Counted from the first letter of the stretch, positions 48,851-59,278 are shown. The stretch is 64,000 nucleotides of DNA from an uncultured delta proteobacterium (GCA_963812015.1 CAWETI010000003.1:1024001-1088000), one strand, 5' to 3'. Made by a program: numbers and translations. The notes: generated from the letters alone by a model not told the origin.

Positions 48851-49783
48851 CTACTCTTTCTCCAACGCCAGGGTGATCAGGGTGTCCAGGAGGGTGGGAA
48901 AATCGATGCCCGCGGCCTTGGCCCCCTGGGGGAAGAGGCTGGTGGCGGTCATGCCGGGAATGGTATTGGTTTCCAGGACAAAGATCTCCTGGTCCCGGAT
49001 CATCATATCGGTGCGGGAATATCCCCGGCAGCCCAGGGCCCGATGGGCGGTAAGGGCGCACCCCTGGGCGCGCCGGGTCAGTTCCGGGTCAAGTCTGGCC
49101 GGGCAGATCTCATGGGAAGCCCCGGGTTGGTACTTGGCTTCGTAATCGAAGAAGTCATACTTGTCGGTGGGGATGATCTCCACCAGGGGCAGGGCCTGGA
49201 GGATAGCGTTGCCCAGCACCCCGCCGGTAACCTCGGTGCCCTGGATGAACTCCTCCACCAGCACCCGGTTATCCAGGGCAAAGGCGGCGGCCAGGCCGGT
49301 TTTTAGGGCCTCCGGGGTCGTGGCCTTGGAGATGCCGATGCTGGAGCCTTCGTTGACCGGCTTGATCACCACTGGCAGTCCCAGGCCTGCTTCGATTTCC
49401 CGGGGAGAGGGCGCCGCAACTCGGTCAAAGGTGAGGGCCCGGGGCACCTTAAGGCCGGCCTGTTGATAAATGGTCTTGGTCAGCTCTTTGTTCATGGCCA
49501 GGGCCGAGGCCAGGACGCCGGAGCCCTGGTAAGGGACCTCCAGGAGGTCCAGGAGCCCCTGCATGGAGCCGTCTTCCCCGCCCCGGCCGTGCATGATGAT
49601 GAGGGCCACGTCAAGCTCTTTGGCCTCCCGCACCAGGGCCTCCAGATCGGACAGGGGATCATAGCGCCGGATGTCGTATTTGTTTTGATTGAGGGCCTGA
49701 TAAACCTGGTTGCCGCTTTTCAGCGAGACTTCGCGCTCCGAGGATTTGCCCCCGGCGATGAGGGCCACCCGCAATTTTCCCAT
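48851..49783 (-). CDS. ddl: D-alanine--D-alanine ligase
   Basis: GGKSSEREVSL, HGRGGEDG, GSSIG, FDYEAKY, ETNTIPGMT. Confidence 0.96.
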   Translation of the reverse strand: MGKLRVALIAGGKSSEREVSLKSGNQVYQALNQNKYDIRRYDPLSDLEALVREAKELDVALIIMHGRGGEDGSMQGLLDLLEVPYQGSGVLASALAMNKELTKTIYQQAGLKVPRALTFDRVAAPSPREIEAGLGLPVVIKPVNEGSSIGISKATTPEALKTGLAAAFALDNRVLVEEFIQGTEVTGGVLGNAILQALPLVEIIPTDKYDFFDYEAKYQPGASHEICPARLDPELTRRAQGCALTAHRALGCRGYSRTDMMIRDQEIFVLETNTIPGMTATSLFPQGAKAAGIDFPTLLDTLITLALEKE

Positions 49784-50358
49784 GATTCCCTCCGGCTGTG
49801 GTTGAGGTGCAACAGGTTGGCTGGATCGACGGCCAGGGAGGCGAAGATTTTCTCCTCCAGGGCCCGGCTCTTGACTGCCGTGGCAGCGATGCGGGCCAGG
49901 GCCTCGGGAGTGCGCCCGTAGCGCACCTTGAGGTCGGCAAAGCGGACCTCAAGGGTGACCACCTCTTCGTGGAGCACCCGCTTGTCGGCGTAATTGACCA
50001 CCTCGGCCTCCCGCAGCGGCCTGGGGTCAATGATGTTGACGTCGAGATAGACGTGTTCCCGCACCACCTGGGCCACGTGGGGATAGCCCAGGGTGTCCAG
50101 GATGCCGGCCCCCAACTCGGCGTGATTCTCCAAAGTCCCCAGGCACGGGGTTTTGCCCAGGTCGTGGAGAAGGGCGCCGATGGTAACCAAGGGCAGGTGC
50201 AGATCGAAGCCGGCCGCCGCCAGGGCCTCGCCCAAAAAGACCGCCACCTCCATCACCCGGAAGCTGTGCTCCCGGATATTGGGCAGCATGCCGTGGGCGG
50301 CCATTAACTCCACGCATTGATTATGAGAAGGAAGGAGTATTGAGTCTCGTTTTTCCAT
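49720..50358 (-). CDS. HD domain protein
   Basis: NIREHS, ALLHDLGK, HAELG, YADKRV. Confidence 0.85.
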   Translation of the reverse strand: MEKRDSILLPSHNQCVELMAAHGMLPNIREHSFRVMEVAVFLGEALAAAGFDLHLPLVTIGALLHDLGKTPCLGTLENHAELGAGILDTLGYPHVAQVVREHVYLDVNIIDPRPLREAEVVNYADKRVLHEEVVTLEVRFADLKVRYGRTPEALARIAATAVKSRALEEKIFASLAVDPANLLHLNHSRRESWENCGWPSSPGANPRSAKSR

Positions 50359-50465
50359 CGGTGTTATTTTAGGGCGAAAAGGGGAAAAGGGTAAAAGGCG
50401 AAAGGGGAAAAACCAGAACCCCATTTTTACTCCTTTGCGCCTTTTCCCCCGTGATCAAATTAGGT

Positions 50466-50939
50466 TCAGGTTTTCGTAACCAGGACCACCGCATACGCGG
50501 CCATGCCTTCGCTCCGGCCGGCGAAGCCCATGTGCTCGGTGGTGGTGGCCTTGACATTGACGTCGGCCGGGGTCAGGCCCAGGATGGGGGCCAGGTGCGC
50601 CTGCATCGCCGGGATGTGGAGGGCCAGCCGGGGCGCTTGGGCCACGATGGTGGCGTCCACATTCACCGGGGCAAAACCCCGGTCCCGTACCACATTCATG
50701 ATCCGTTCCAGCAGGATGAGGCTGGAAATGCCTTCGTAGGCCGGGTCCCGGTCGGGGAAATGCGTCCCCAGGTCGCCGGCCCCCACCGCGCCCAGGAGGG
50801 CGTCGCCGATGGCGTGGCTCAGGACGTCGGCATCGGAATGGCCCAACAGCCCCTGGGCATGCGGGATTTCCACCCCGCCCAGGATCAGGGGGCGTCCCGC
50901 CACTAGCCGGTGGGCGTCATACCCCAGGCCGACTCGCAT
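50466..50939 (-). CDS. ispF: 2-C-methyl-D-erythritol 2,4-cyclodiphosphate synthase
   Basis: GLGYDAH, GHSDADV, VNVKATTTE. Confidence 0.96.
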   Translation of the reverse strand: MRVGLGYDAHRLVAGRPLILGGVEIPHAQGLLGHSDADVLSHAIGDALLGAVGAGDLGTHFPDRDPAYEGISSLILLERIMNVVRDRGFAPVNVDATIVAQAPRLALHIPAMQAHLAPILGLTPADVNVKATTTEHMGFAGRSEGMAAYAVVLVTKT

Positions 50940-51639
50940 GTTTTTTCCTCCGCCGCATAGAAAAGATGGCCTCGGCCAGCAGCAGGTCTTCCGGGGTGGT
51001 GATCTTCAGGTTAAAGGGCGACCCGGTTACCACCGCCACCGGCTGGTGCAGTTCCTCGAGCAAGGAAGCCTCATCGGTGCCATAGAAATCGCGGCTGTAG
51101 GCCTCGGTGAAGGCGCGCCACAACAGGGGCGCCTGGAAGGCCTGGGGGGTCTGAATCTGCCAGATATCCGTGCGTTCCAGGGTCTGGTGCACCTTGCCTT
51201 CGGGAGTTACTCTTTTCAGGGTATCATGGGCCGGCAGCCCCAGGACCGCGCCCCCATGCCGGCGGGCGGCGTCGATGACCTGGCGGATCTGCTCCGGGGT
51301 CACAAAGGGCCGGACCCCGTCGTGCACCAGGATGATTTCCAGCTCATCCTCGTTTTGCAAGGCCTTGAGGGCGTGATAGACGCTGTCCTGGCGTTCTTTG
51401 CCGCCGGGCACCAGGCGCAGGACCTTCTTGAGGTTGTAGGGGGCGATGACGGTTTCCTGGCAGTAGTCCAGATCTTCGGGGTGGACCACCACCGTGACCT
51501 CCCGGATTTCGGGCATGGCCTCGAAGATTTTCAAGGTGTGGGCCAGGATAGGTTTCCCGGCCAGTTGGAGATAAGGCTTGGGGATGTGGTGCCCCATGCG
51601 CTTTCCCACCCCGGCGGCGGCGATAATTGCGGCAATCAT
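50917..51639 (-). CDS. ispD: 2-C-methyl-D-erythritol 4-phosphate cytidylyltransferase
   Basis: AAGVGKRM, GGKERQDSV, VHDGVRP, QTPQ, KITTPEDL. Confidence 0.95.
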   Translation of the reverse strand: MIAAIIAAAGVGKRMGHHIPKPYLQLAGKPILAHTLKIFEAMPEIREVTVVVHPEDLDYCQETVIAPYNLKKVLRLVPGGKERQDSVYHALKALQNEDELEIILVHDGVRPFVTPEQIRQVIDAARRHGGAVLGLPAHDTLKRVTPEGKVHQTLERTDIWQIQTPQAFQAPLLWRAFTEAYSRDFYGTDEASLLEELHQPVAVVTGSPFNLKITTPEDLLLAEAIFSMRRRKKHASRPGV

Positions 51640-52559
51640 GAGGGACGCGCCTCTGGTAATCCCTGGCAGGAGACGTAACCGGCCCGCCCGGGCAGACGTT
51701 GGGAGTTGACCTGGGCCACCGGCAGGCCGGCCGGTTCCTTCAGAAGTTCCCGGGCCCAATCCTCCAGCCGGAAAAACTCCACCCGCCGTTCCCGGCAGCG
51801 GGCCAGGAGCCGGGCAAATTCACCCAGGAAGGGCCCGCCTTCCACTTCGGCGTGGATCGTCAGAACCTGGGGCAGCCCATTGTCCAGGCGGGAGAGGACC
51901 AGGCTGGTAAAATCCTGGGAGCGGCAGCCGTGAAAACCCAGGAGTTCATCCAGGGTGGGTAGGGTGGTGGGGATTTCCAGGACCGAGGTCACCGTGTCCC
52001 CGAAAGCGGGAAAGTACGGGGCGGCGCCCCGGGTGTCGCTGGCGTAAAGAAAATTTTGAGCCGCCAGATTGGCGCGGCTGCTCAAACTGCACTGCCAGCC
52101 GGGCGCGGCAAAAGAATAGGCCCGGCGTCCCATAAAGGAAGTATAGGCGTCCTGGGCCAGCGTGATCTCCTGGGCCACCTTGGCCGGGGGGAGGTTGTAA
52201 AGGTGATCGTGCCAGCGCACGTGGTCGTAGCCGTGCAGTCCCACCTCGTGGCCTGCCGCGGCCAGGCGCGGCAGCAGGTGCGGGGCGGCGGCGCCGATCT
52301 TGGGGCCCGGCAGCAGGGTGCCGTAGCACATGGTCTTGAAGCCGTAAAGGGCCGGAGCCCGGGTGCGCCACATCTTTTCCAAAAAACCTCGCTGCCGGAA
52401 GACCCGGAAGATGGCCCGGCCGGAGTGGTCCGGGCCCAGGGCCAGAAAGAAACTGGCCTTGACCTCATGATTGGCCAGGACCTCCATGAGGGCGGGCACC
52501 CCCTTACGAAAACCCTCCAGGGTGTCCACGTCGATTTTTAAACCCAACCGAGGGGCCAC
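51636..52559 (-). CDS. arnD: Undecaprenyl-phosphate-L-Ara4FN deformylase (polysaccharide deacetylase fold)
   Basis: LKIDVDT, GPDHSGRA, YGTLLPGP, PTTLPTLDE, TIHAEVEG. Confidence 0.88.
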   Translation of the reverse strand: MAPRLGLKIDVDTLEGFRKGVPALMEVLANHEVKASFFLALGPDHSGRAIFRVFRQRGFLEKMWRTRAPALYGFKTMCYGTLLPGPKIGAAAPHLLPRLAAAGHEVGLHGYDHVRWHDHLYNLPPAKVAQEITLAQDAYTSFMGRRAYSFAAPGWQCSLSSRANLAAQNFLYASDTRGAAPYFPAFGDTVTSVLEIPTTLPTLDELLGFHGCRSQDFTSLVLSRLDNGLPQVLTIHAEVEGGPFLGEFARLLARCRERRVEFFRLEDWARELLKEPAGLPVAQVNSQRLPGRAGYVSCQGLPEARPS

Positions 52560-52585
52560 ATTATCTCCTGCCGGGCTTCTCCCCG

Positions 52586-52614
52586 GTAGGGGCGGGTTTT
52601 AAACCCGCCCCTAC
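52586..52614. repeat. GTAG-type REP
   Basis: GTAGGGGCGGGTTTTAAACCCGCCCCTAC palindrome. Confidence 0.75.
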
Positions 52615-52615
52615 G

Positions 52616-53647
52616 CTATACCGGCGCCGTCTTGGCCTCTTTGAGGAAGGCGTCCAGGGTGATCTGAAGCGACGTGGTCAGGTCGGTAACGGGCTCCCAG
52701 CCCAGGAGTTCCCGGGCCTTGGCGATGGACGGCTTGCGGCTGGTAATGTCCTGGTAGCCTTTGCCGTAATAGTCCTCATGGCGCGTCTCCACGATCTCCG
52801 AGTAGCCCCCGTCATGCTTATGGTCCGGGTGAGCCTTGAAGAGGTCTCGTAAGAGATGAGCCAGCTCTTTGACCGAGGCTTCGTTCTCGGGGTTGCCGAT
52901 GTTGAAAATCTGGCTATCGGCGACGCCGCCCGGGTTTTCGATGATCCGCATCAGGCAGTCGATACCGTCTTCCACATAGGTGAAGCAGCGTTTCTGATGG
53001 CCGCCATCCACCAGCAAGATGGGCTCCCGCTGGAGGAGGTTGAGGACGAACTGGGTCACCACTCGGGAACTCCCCTCTTTAGCGGCGTAGAGGTCGTCCA
53101 GCTTCGGGCCGATCCAGTTAAAGGGTCGGAAAAGGGTGAACCGGAGCTGCCCGGCCTCGCCGTAGGCCCAGATGACCCGGTCCAGGAGCTGCTTGGAACA
53201 GCTGTAAATCCAGCGCTGCTTGTGGATGGGACCCAGCACCAGGGTGCTGTGGTCTTCGGAAAACTCCGCGTCCGGGGACATGCCGTAGACTTCGGAGGTG
53301 GAGGGAAAGATGATGCGGGTGCCATATTTGACGCACTGGCGGACGATGCGCAGGTTTTCCTCAAAGTCCAGCTCGAACACCCGCAGAGGCTGCTTGACAT
53401 AGGTCATGGGGGTGGCGATGGCCACCAGGGGCAGGACTACGTCGCACTTCCTGATGTGATATTCGATCCACTCCTTGTTGATGGCAATGTCGCCTTCCAG
53501 GAAGTGGAACCGGGGGTGGTCCAAGGACTCATCCAGCTTGTTGGAGTGGAGGTCCATGCCATAGACCTCCCAGTCCCGGGTAGTGAGGATGCGCCGGGTC
53601 AGGGCGTTGCCGATGAAGCCGTTGACGCCTAAGATCAGGATTTTCAT
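52616..53647 (-). CDS. arnA: UDP-glucuronic acid oxidase/decarboxylase (stand-alone ArnA C-terminal domain)
   Basis: [44 protein letters not shown]. Confidence 0.92.
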   Translation of the reverse strand: MKILILGVNGFIGNALTRRILTTRDWEVYGMDLHSNKLDESLDHPRFHFLEGDIAINKEWIEYHIRKCDVVLPLVAIATPMTYVKQPLRVFELDFEENLRIVRQCVKYGTRIIFPSTSEVYGMSPDAEFSEDHSTLVLGPIHKQRWIYSCSKQLLDRVIWAYGEAGQLRFTLFRPFNWIGPKLDDLYAAKEGSSRVVTQFVLNLLQREPILLVDGGHQKRCFTYVEDGIDCLMRIIENPGGVADSQIFNIGNPENEASVKELAHLLRDLFKAHPDHKHDGGYSEIVETRHEDYYGKGYQDITSRKPSIAKARELLGWEPVTDLTTSLQITLDAFLKEAKTAPV

Positions 53648-53670
53648 GCGTTCCCTATTCAATTGTAGTC

Positions 53671-53765
53671 ATGTAGGGTGGGCACTGCCCACCCTACATT
53701 TTCTTTTGTAGCGGCGGACCCATGTGTCCGCCCTTTTGAGGGCGCACCCGCGGGTGCGCCCCTAC
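53671..53765. repeat. Cluster of GTAG-type REPs
   Basis: GTAGGGTGGGCACTGCCCACCCTAC plus doublet GTAGCGGCGGAC...GTGCGCCCCTAC. Confidence 0.78.
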
Positions 53766-54703
53766 GAAAAATTTTGCCCCACCAGGTGTTCCCAGGTGGC
53801 CAACACCGGCCCCAAAAATTCCGGTTCGCCCTCCCATTGGGCCTGGGTGATGAGGAAGTGCCCCGCGCCCGTGGCCACCAGCAAGCCCTCTCCCGGCACC
53901 CCGGCCGTCACCTGGCCGGGCTCAACCGGCCCCGTGACCGGGGCTGCCATGATCTGGCCGGCCCAGACCAAGAGCTTCCGGCCCTGGAAAAAAGTAAAGG
54001 CGCCGGGGTAGGGATGGGTCACGGCCCGGACCAGATTATAGGTTTGCAGGGCCGAATGCCGCCAGTCAATGAGGCCGTCCCCGGGGGTGCGGCCGCCGTA
54101 ATAGGAGGCCCGGGCGTGGTCCTGGCTCAGGCGAGGGGCGGCGCCGGCCCGCAGCAAAGGGTAGGCTTCCCGCATCAGCGCCTGGGCCGCCACCGTCATT
54201 TTGGCGAACAGGGTCAAGGCCGTGTCTTCGAAGGTGATGGGGACGCGCTGAAAGCCCACGATGTCGCCCTGGTCGGCCTTGGCCTCCATATAGTGGAGGG
54301 TCACCCCGGTTTCGGCCTCGCCGTGGACCAGGACCCAGTTGAGGGGGCAGCGGCCCCGGTACCGGGGGAGGAGGCTGCCGTGGAGGTTCAAGGCCCCCAG
54401 GCGGGGGAGGTCCAGCAGGGGCGGTTTCAGCATGTGGCGATAATAGCACGAAAAGAGCCAATCTGGTTGTAAAGCCTGCATGACGGCCACGAAGGCCGGG
54501 TCATTGGGATTGGCCGGCTGGTAGACCGGCAGGTAGTTCTCGAAGGCCAACTGCCGCACCGAGGCGAACCAGATATTTTCCTTGGGGTCGTCAGCGTGGG
54601 TGACCACCGCGGCGATCTCATCGCCTAACCTGCGGCTCAGCTCGATCAAGGCTTCCAGGCAGACATAGCCGATATTGTGGTAACCCATAAAGATGATGCG
54701 CAT
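53762..54703 (-). CDS. UDP-L-Ara4N formyltransferase (stand-alone ArnA N-terminal domain)
   Basis: YHNIG, THADDPKENIWF, NLHGSLLPRYRGR, RAVTHPYPGAF. Confidence 0.9.
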   Translation of the reverse strand: MRIIFMGYHNIGYVCLEALIELSRRLGDEIAAVVTHADDPKENIWFASVRQLAFENYLPVYQPANPNDPAFVAVMQALQPDWLFSCYYRHMLKPPLLDLPRLGALNLHGSLLPRYRGRCPLNWVLVHGEAETGVTLHYMEAKADQGDIVGFQRVPITFEDTALTLFAKMTVAAQALMREAYPLLRAGAAPRLSQDHARASYYGGRTPGDGLIDWRHSALQTYNLVRAVTHPYPGAFTFFQGRKLLVWAGQIMAAPVTGPVEPGQVTAGVPGEGLLVATGAGHFLITQAQWEGEPEFLGPVLATWEHLVGQNFS

Positions 54704-54841
54704 GTGGCGATAAGTCTCCGGTCGGATGGTGAGGGCACCGCTGGGGTTAAGGAGAAGCGCTGCCCCTTACGTGTCCCGGCCATGGCTGCGATCTTCGCCC
54801 TTATTATACCGGATTTTATGGCAGGGGAAAGCAGAGATTCC

Positions 54842-55813
54842 TCAGGGCTCCGGTCCTAGGGTCTGGCGGATGATGAAGCGGGGGCGGCCGCGCACCTCCC
54901 GGTAGATGCGGCCGACGTATTCACCGATGAGGGCCAGGGCCAGGGTGTTCAAGCCCACAAAGACGAAGAGGATGGCGAAAAGAGTGAACACCCCGCCCAC
55001 TTCCGGTCCCACGAAGATCCGCCGGATGATCAGGAAGAGGCCGAAGAGCAGCCCCAGGAGGGCGATGGCCATCCCCATGAACCCCACCAGGTGAATGGGC
55101 AGATTGGAGAACCCGGTCATCAGGTCGAAGTTGAGGCGGAGGAGCTTGAAGAGGCTGTACTTGGACTGGCCCCGCTCCCGCTCGGCGTGGCCCACGGGGA
55201 TTTCCGCCACCCGGTGGGAAAACAGGTTGGCCAGGGCGGGGATGAAACTGGAAGATTCCTGGCACTGGTTGATGCTGTCCACCACCCCCCGGCGATAGGC
55301 CCGGAGCATGCAGCCGTAGTCCCGGAGTTTGACCCCGGTGACCCGGGACATGACGTAGTTCACCAGTTGGGACGGAAGTCTCCGGAAAAGGGAATCCTGG
55401 CGGTCCTCCCGCCAGCCCCCCACGGTATCGTAGCCCTCTTCCAGCTTGGCCACCAGGCGGGGAATCTCCTCGGGGGGGTTTTGCAGGTCGGCGTCCAGGG
55501 TGACCATCACCTGGCCCCGGGCCGCCTGAAACCCGGCAAATATGGCCGGGTGCTGCCCGAAGTTGCGGTGGAATTGCAGGGCCCGGATGTACTGCGGATA
55601 TTGTCCGTTCAGCTCGGTCAAGAGTTCCCAGGAGCGGTCGGTGGAGCCGTCGTCCACAAAGATAATTTCAAAGGGCCGGCCCATGCCGGTGAGGGTGCGG
55701 ATCAACCTCTCCCCCAACTGCCGGAGATTGTCTTCTTCGTTGAACACGGGGATAACCACGGAGATATCCGGGAGAGGGGAAGGCTCGCTCAAGGGGAGGA
55801 TTTGAGTGGACAT
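54842..55813 (-). CDS. arnC: Undecaprenyl-phosphate Ara4FN transferase (GT2)
   Basis: VVIPVFNEE, DDGSTD, RNFGQH, DADLQNPPEEIP, DYGCMLRAY. Confidence 0.88.
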   Translation of the reverse strand: MSTQILPLSEPSPLPDISVVIPVFNEEDNLRQLGERLIRTLTGMGRPFEIIFVDDGSTDRSWELLTELNGQYPQYIRALQFHRNFGQHPAIFAGFQAARGQVMVTLDADLQNPPEEIPRLVAKLEEGYDTVGGWREDRQDSLFRRLPSQLVNYVMSRVTGVKLRDYGCMLRAYRRGVVDSINQCQESSSFIPALANLFSHRVAEIPVGHAERERGQSKYSLFKLLRLNFDLMTGFSNLPIHLVGFMGMAIALLGLLFGLFLIIRRIFVGPEVGGVFTLFAILFVFVGLNTLALALIGEYVGRIYREVRGRPRFIIRQTLGPEP

Positions 55814-56003
55814 GGCTCCTTACCTTTTCGGACCGGATGAGGAACTGGGAGACCGATTTCTCCGCAAGGCGGCCGGGCCGCCGCCCCCACCAAGGGGAAT
55901 GCTTGCATCTTATGCGGCGGAGGGCTTCATGTAAAGGGGGAACCGGTTTTCAGTCCGAAAAAAAAATCCACCGGCACTGATGGACCGGTGGTCCCAAAGG
56001 AGG

Positions 56004-56368
56004 CGCGAAGCAGGCCGTAAGCCGAGTTCTGTCCCGGGTTGCCCCGGTGATGATCATTCCTCTAGGACCCCGGTTACCCGGGGCCTCCAGCAACCTACCC
56101 GGGAGCTTCGGGCGGGCCACCCTCAAACGCTCCCCTATTTGGTCTTGCTCCAGGTGGGGTTTTCCAAGCCGGCAATGTCGCCACTGCCGCTGGTGAGCTC
56201 TTACCTCACCCTTTCACCCTTACCGTGGACGTACCACGGCGGTCTGGTCTCTGAGGCACTTTCCCTAGGGTTGCCCCCGCTGGGCGTTACCCAGCACCCT
56301 GCCCTGTGGAGCTCGGACTTTCCTCCGGCGGCTCAAAGGCCGCCGGCGATCATCTGGCCTGCTTCGCG
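56004..56368 (-). ncRNA. rnpB: RNase P RNA (type A)
   Basis: Minus strand has GAGGAAAGTCC, AGTGCC.CAGA, GGAGCAAG and ACAGAACTCGGCTTAC; the ends pair as P1. Confidence 0.95.
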
Positions 56369-56424
56369 ACCCTGTGGGGTCAAAAATTTCGGGGCGCCGG
56401 GAAAAATTACCCCATTATTATATT

Positions 56425-56976
56425 TTACCTCACCGCCGCCTTTTGGTCAATGGCCCGGTTAGCCGCCTCGTCGGCCAGGCGGTTTTCCTCCCGGGGCACA
56501 TGGGCGATGGCATAGGCGGCAAAATTTTTCAGGGCCTGGAGAGCTTCGTGCCACAAGGGGAGGAGGTGGGGGCTTTTCACCCGGTAACGGCCGGTGAGTT
56601 GCTTCACCATGAGTTCGGAATCGGCGAAGATCCGGAGCTTCTGCACTTCCAGCTTCCGGGCTTCTTCCAGGCCCAGGAGCAGGGCCTGGTATTCCGCCAC
56701 ATTGTTGGTGGTTTCTCCCAGGTAGCGCCCGGTGTCGACCCGGAGGCGCCCCTGGGGGTCATGCAAGACTATCCCGGCGCCGGCGGGCCCGGGATTGCCC
56801 CGGGAGGCCCCGTCACAGTGGAGGCGCCAGAAGCCCTCCTCCCGCACCCGATAGAGATCGGCGGCATCCCGGAACAACTCCTGGAGAGTTTCGGGGGTCA
56901 GTCCGAAGCGCTCCCGGACCCCGGCAAGGTCCAGTCCCTGGGCCAGCGCGGCAAAGATGGCGGCGCGCTTGCTCAA
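56425..56976 (-). CDS. rnhA: Ribonuclease HI family protein with N-terminal extension
   Basis: DGASRGNPGPAG, TNNVAEY, DSELMVKQ, HVPREEN..AD. Confidence 0.88.
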   Translation of the reverse strand: MSKRAAIFAALAQGLDLAGVRERFGLTPETLQELFRDAADLYRVREEGFWRLHCDGASRGNPGPAGAGIVLHDPQGRLRVDTGRYLGETTNNVAEYQALLLGLEEARKLEVQKLRIFADSELMVKQLTGRYRVKSPHLLPLWHEALQALKNFAAYAIAHVPREENRLADEAANRAIDQKAAVR

Positions 56977-56994
56977 CCCGCCTCCCTGGCCGCC

Positions 56995-57738
56995 TCAGGA
57001 GGCATGCTGTTCGCTAGCTTCCCCTTCTTCGCCCTCATCGGCCCAGTAGAGGATGCGCTGACAATGGGGGCACTGCAAAATCTCCAGCCCTTTCTGCAGG
57101 TCAATGAACTGCTGGGGGAGAATGTTCATGTGACAGCCCAGGCAGACGCCTTCATGCACCGGGGCGACGGCGTTGCCGTCGCGCCGCTGGCGGATGAATT
57201 CATAGCGTTTCAAGAGGGAGGCGGGCACCCCTTTGCGCTGCTTTTTGCGCTTTTCCTCCAGTTTGGCGAGCTCCCGCTGCAATTCGCCCAACTGGGCCGC
57301 CACTTCCTGGCGAAGTTTGGCCAGGACCGTATCCTGTTCCTCCACCTGGCCTTGCAGATCGGCGATGAGGCGGTTCTGGGTTTCCATGAGATCCATGAAT
57401 TCCAGGAGCCGGGTCTCCCGCTGGTCCCGCTGATCCTCTTTAAAGGCGATCTCCTTGATCATCGCTTTGTATTCGATGTTGCTCTTGATCTCCATGAGGC
57501 GCTGGCGGCTGGTTTTGATGCTTTCCTCCATTTCCGCCATTTCCATTTCCGTGTCCCGGCGCCGGGCCTTAATATCCTCCAACTCCTGGAGCAGAGCGGC
57601 CTGCCCGGCTTTCAGCTCTTCTAAGGCTGCCTCGCCGGCCTTCAGTTCTTCAGGGAGCCGTTCCAACCCCTGGGTGACTTCCCGGATCACCTTGTCGATT
57701 TCCTGGACATCGATGAGTTTACTTAACTCCGTAAGCAA
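56995..57738 (-). CDS. Coiled-coil C4 zinc-ribbon protein (DUF164/CT398-like)
   Basis: Long coiled coil, CLGCHM, CPHCQRIL; GGAGG RBS. Confidence 0.88.
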   Translation of the reverse strand: MLTELSKLIDVQEIDKVIREVTQGLERLPEELKAGEAALEELKAGQAALLQELEDIKARRRDTEMEMAEMEESIKTSRQRLMEIKSNIEYKAMIKEIAFKEDQRDQRETRLLEFMDLMETQNRLIADLQGQVEEQDTVLAKLRQEVAAQLGELQRELAKLEEKRKKQRKGVPASLLKRYEFIRQRRDGNAVAPVHEGVCLGCHMNILPQQFIDLQKGLEILQCPHCQRILYWADEGEEGEASEQHAS

Positions 57739-57856
57739 GTTTCAACCTCCGTATTTCGTCACGCTGTTTGGCATTATTCCCCGGTGGGGCCGGGCGCTGG
57801 GGGCGCGGCCGCCGGAAATCATGGTTACAGTCATGGTTATCAACAATAGGGTCGCC

Positions 57857-58975
57857 TCACCGGTAGCAGCATGGGGGGGCCTGGGTGGCCGCCACCATGA
57901 CCTCGAGCCGCAGGTTCGCCTCCTGGAACAGCTCCCGGAGCTGCCGGGTCCAGGGTTCCATAAACACCACTTCGCTGGCAAAATGGCCCACCGCCACCAC
58001 GGCAAAGTCCTCGGCAAGCCCCGGTGGGACTTGGTGATGGCGGACTTCCCCGGTCAGGTAGATCTGGGCGTCCCGGCCCAGGGCGTCGGCCAGGAGGTCG
58101 CCGCCACTGCCGCTGCACAACGCCAGGCGCTGCACCTGTTGGGGGGGGCTCCCCCAGACCTGCACGGTTTCAACCCCGAAAATCTGCTTCACCGCGGCGA
58201 TCACCTGGGAAAACGGCCGTGGTTCGGGCCAGGCGCCGATGCGGCCCAAACCCAGGGGGGTGCCTGGATGCCGCACGGGATAGAGGTCGTAGGCCACTTC
58301 CTCGTAAGGGTGGACCTCCTTCAGGCGCGCCAGGGCCCCGGGCAGCAGGGACTCGGGGGCCAGGATTTCCAGGCGGAACTCCTCGGCCCGGGATAGTTGC
58401 CCGACCTCGCCCTGGAAGGGCTGCGCCCCCGGGAGGGGACGATAGGCGCCCTGTCCCGGAGAGGTAAAAGAACAGTGGGAATACCGGCCGATGACCCCCA
58501 GGCCGGCGTCCCCCAGGGCCTGGCGGACCCGGTCCTCATAGCCCGCCGGCACGAACACCACCAGCTTGTACCAGGGGTCCCGGGTGGTGGGCGTCAGGAC
58601 CTCCACCCCGGTCAGTTCCAGTTTCTGGGCCAGGTAGTCGTTGAGCCCGCCGGGGGCGATATCCAGATTGGTGTGGCAAGACACCATGGCCAGCCCGGCC
58701 CGGAGCAGAGCGGCCAGCAGCCGGCCCCCGGGGCGATCTTCCCGTACGTCTTTAAGGGGCTGGTAGAGGAGGGGGTGGTGGGTCAGGAGCAGTTGGGCGC
58801 CCCTGTGGCCGGCCTCGGCGACAATGGCCGGGGTGGCCTCCAAAGCCACCAGGATGGCCTCAACCTGGTGCCCGGGATGTCCCACTTCAAGCCCCACCCG
58901 GTCGCCGGTTACGGCCCACGCCGATGGATAGCGGCTTTCCAGCAGGTTGACGATGTCTTGCAGCAGCTCGCTCAT
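57857..58975 (-). CDS. Nif3-like dinuclear metal protein with PII-like insertion (YqfO type)
   Basis: DRVGL, THHPLLY, HTNLD, KLVVFVP, HPYEEVAYD, GHFASE. Confidence 0.92.
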   Translation of the reverse strand: MSELLQDIVNLLESRYPSAWAVTGDRVGLEVGHPGHQVEAILVALEATPAIVAEAGHRGAQLLLTHHPLLYQPLKDVREDRPGGRLLAALLRAGLAMVSCHTNLDIAPGGLNDYLAQKLELTGVEVLTPTTRDPWYKLVVFVPAGYEDRVRQALGDAGLGVIGRYSHCSFTSPGQGAYRPLPGAQPFQGEVGQLSRAEEFRLEILAPESLLPGALARLKEVHPYEEVAYDLYPVRHPGTPLGLGRIGAWPEPRPFSQVIAAVKQIFGVETVQVWGSPPQQVQRLALCSGSGGDLLADALGRDAQIYLTGEVRHHQVPPGLAEDFAVVAVGHFASEVVFMEPWTRQLRELFQEANLRLEVMVAATQAPPCCYR

Positions 58976-58982
58976 AGAACAT

Positions 58983-59009
58983 AAAAAAGGGGTGCGCAAA
59001 GAGCACCCC
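58983..59009 (-). terminator. Rho-independent terminator-like hairpin after the tRNA
   Basis: Minus strand GGGGTGC-TCTTTGC-GCACCCC followed by TTTTTT. Confidence 0.55.
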
Positions 59010-59074
59010 CGGGGATAAACCCCTGTGGAATTGCGGCTCTAGATTGTTCTCGCAAAATACTGCTCCCGGAAGCC

Positions 59075-59150
59075 TGGTGGGCCCACCCGGATTTGAACCA
59101 GGGACCGTCCGGTTATGAGCCGGTTGCTCTAACCGCTGAGCTATGGGCCC
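59075..59150 (-). tRNA. tRNA with CAT anticodon, probably tRNA-Ile2 (lysidine)
   Basis: GGGCCCATAGCTCAGCGGTTAGAGCAACCGGCTCATAACCGG...GGTTCAAATCC...GGGCCCACCA; lacks the initiator C1:A72 mismatch; downstream of rpoD. Confidence 0.92.
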
Positions 59151-59278
59151 GCGTATGGCAGTCACCGGGGGGGCACCCCTTCAGGGTCTGGCCCATGTGC
59201 CTGCGTCTGCCCCCCACCTGAGTTATTATACCTCTCCTCCCCAATTCTTCAAGAGCAAGACCCTAGTCAGGGGCAAAA

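Noticed and set aside
59075..59150. tRNA as an integration site
   Set aside because: No duplicated tRNA 3' end and no foreign DNA next to it; the flanks are core genes
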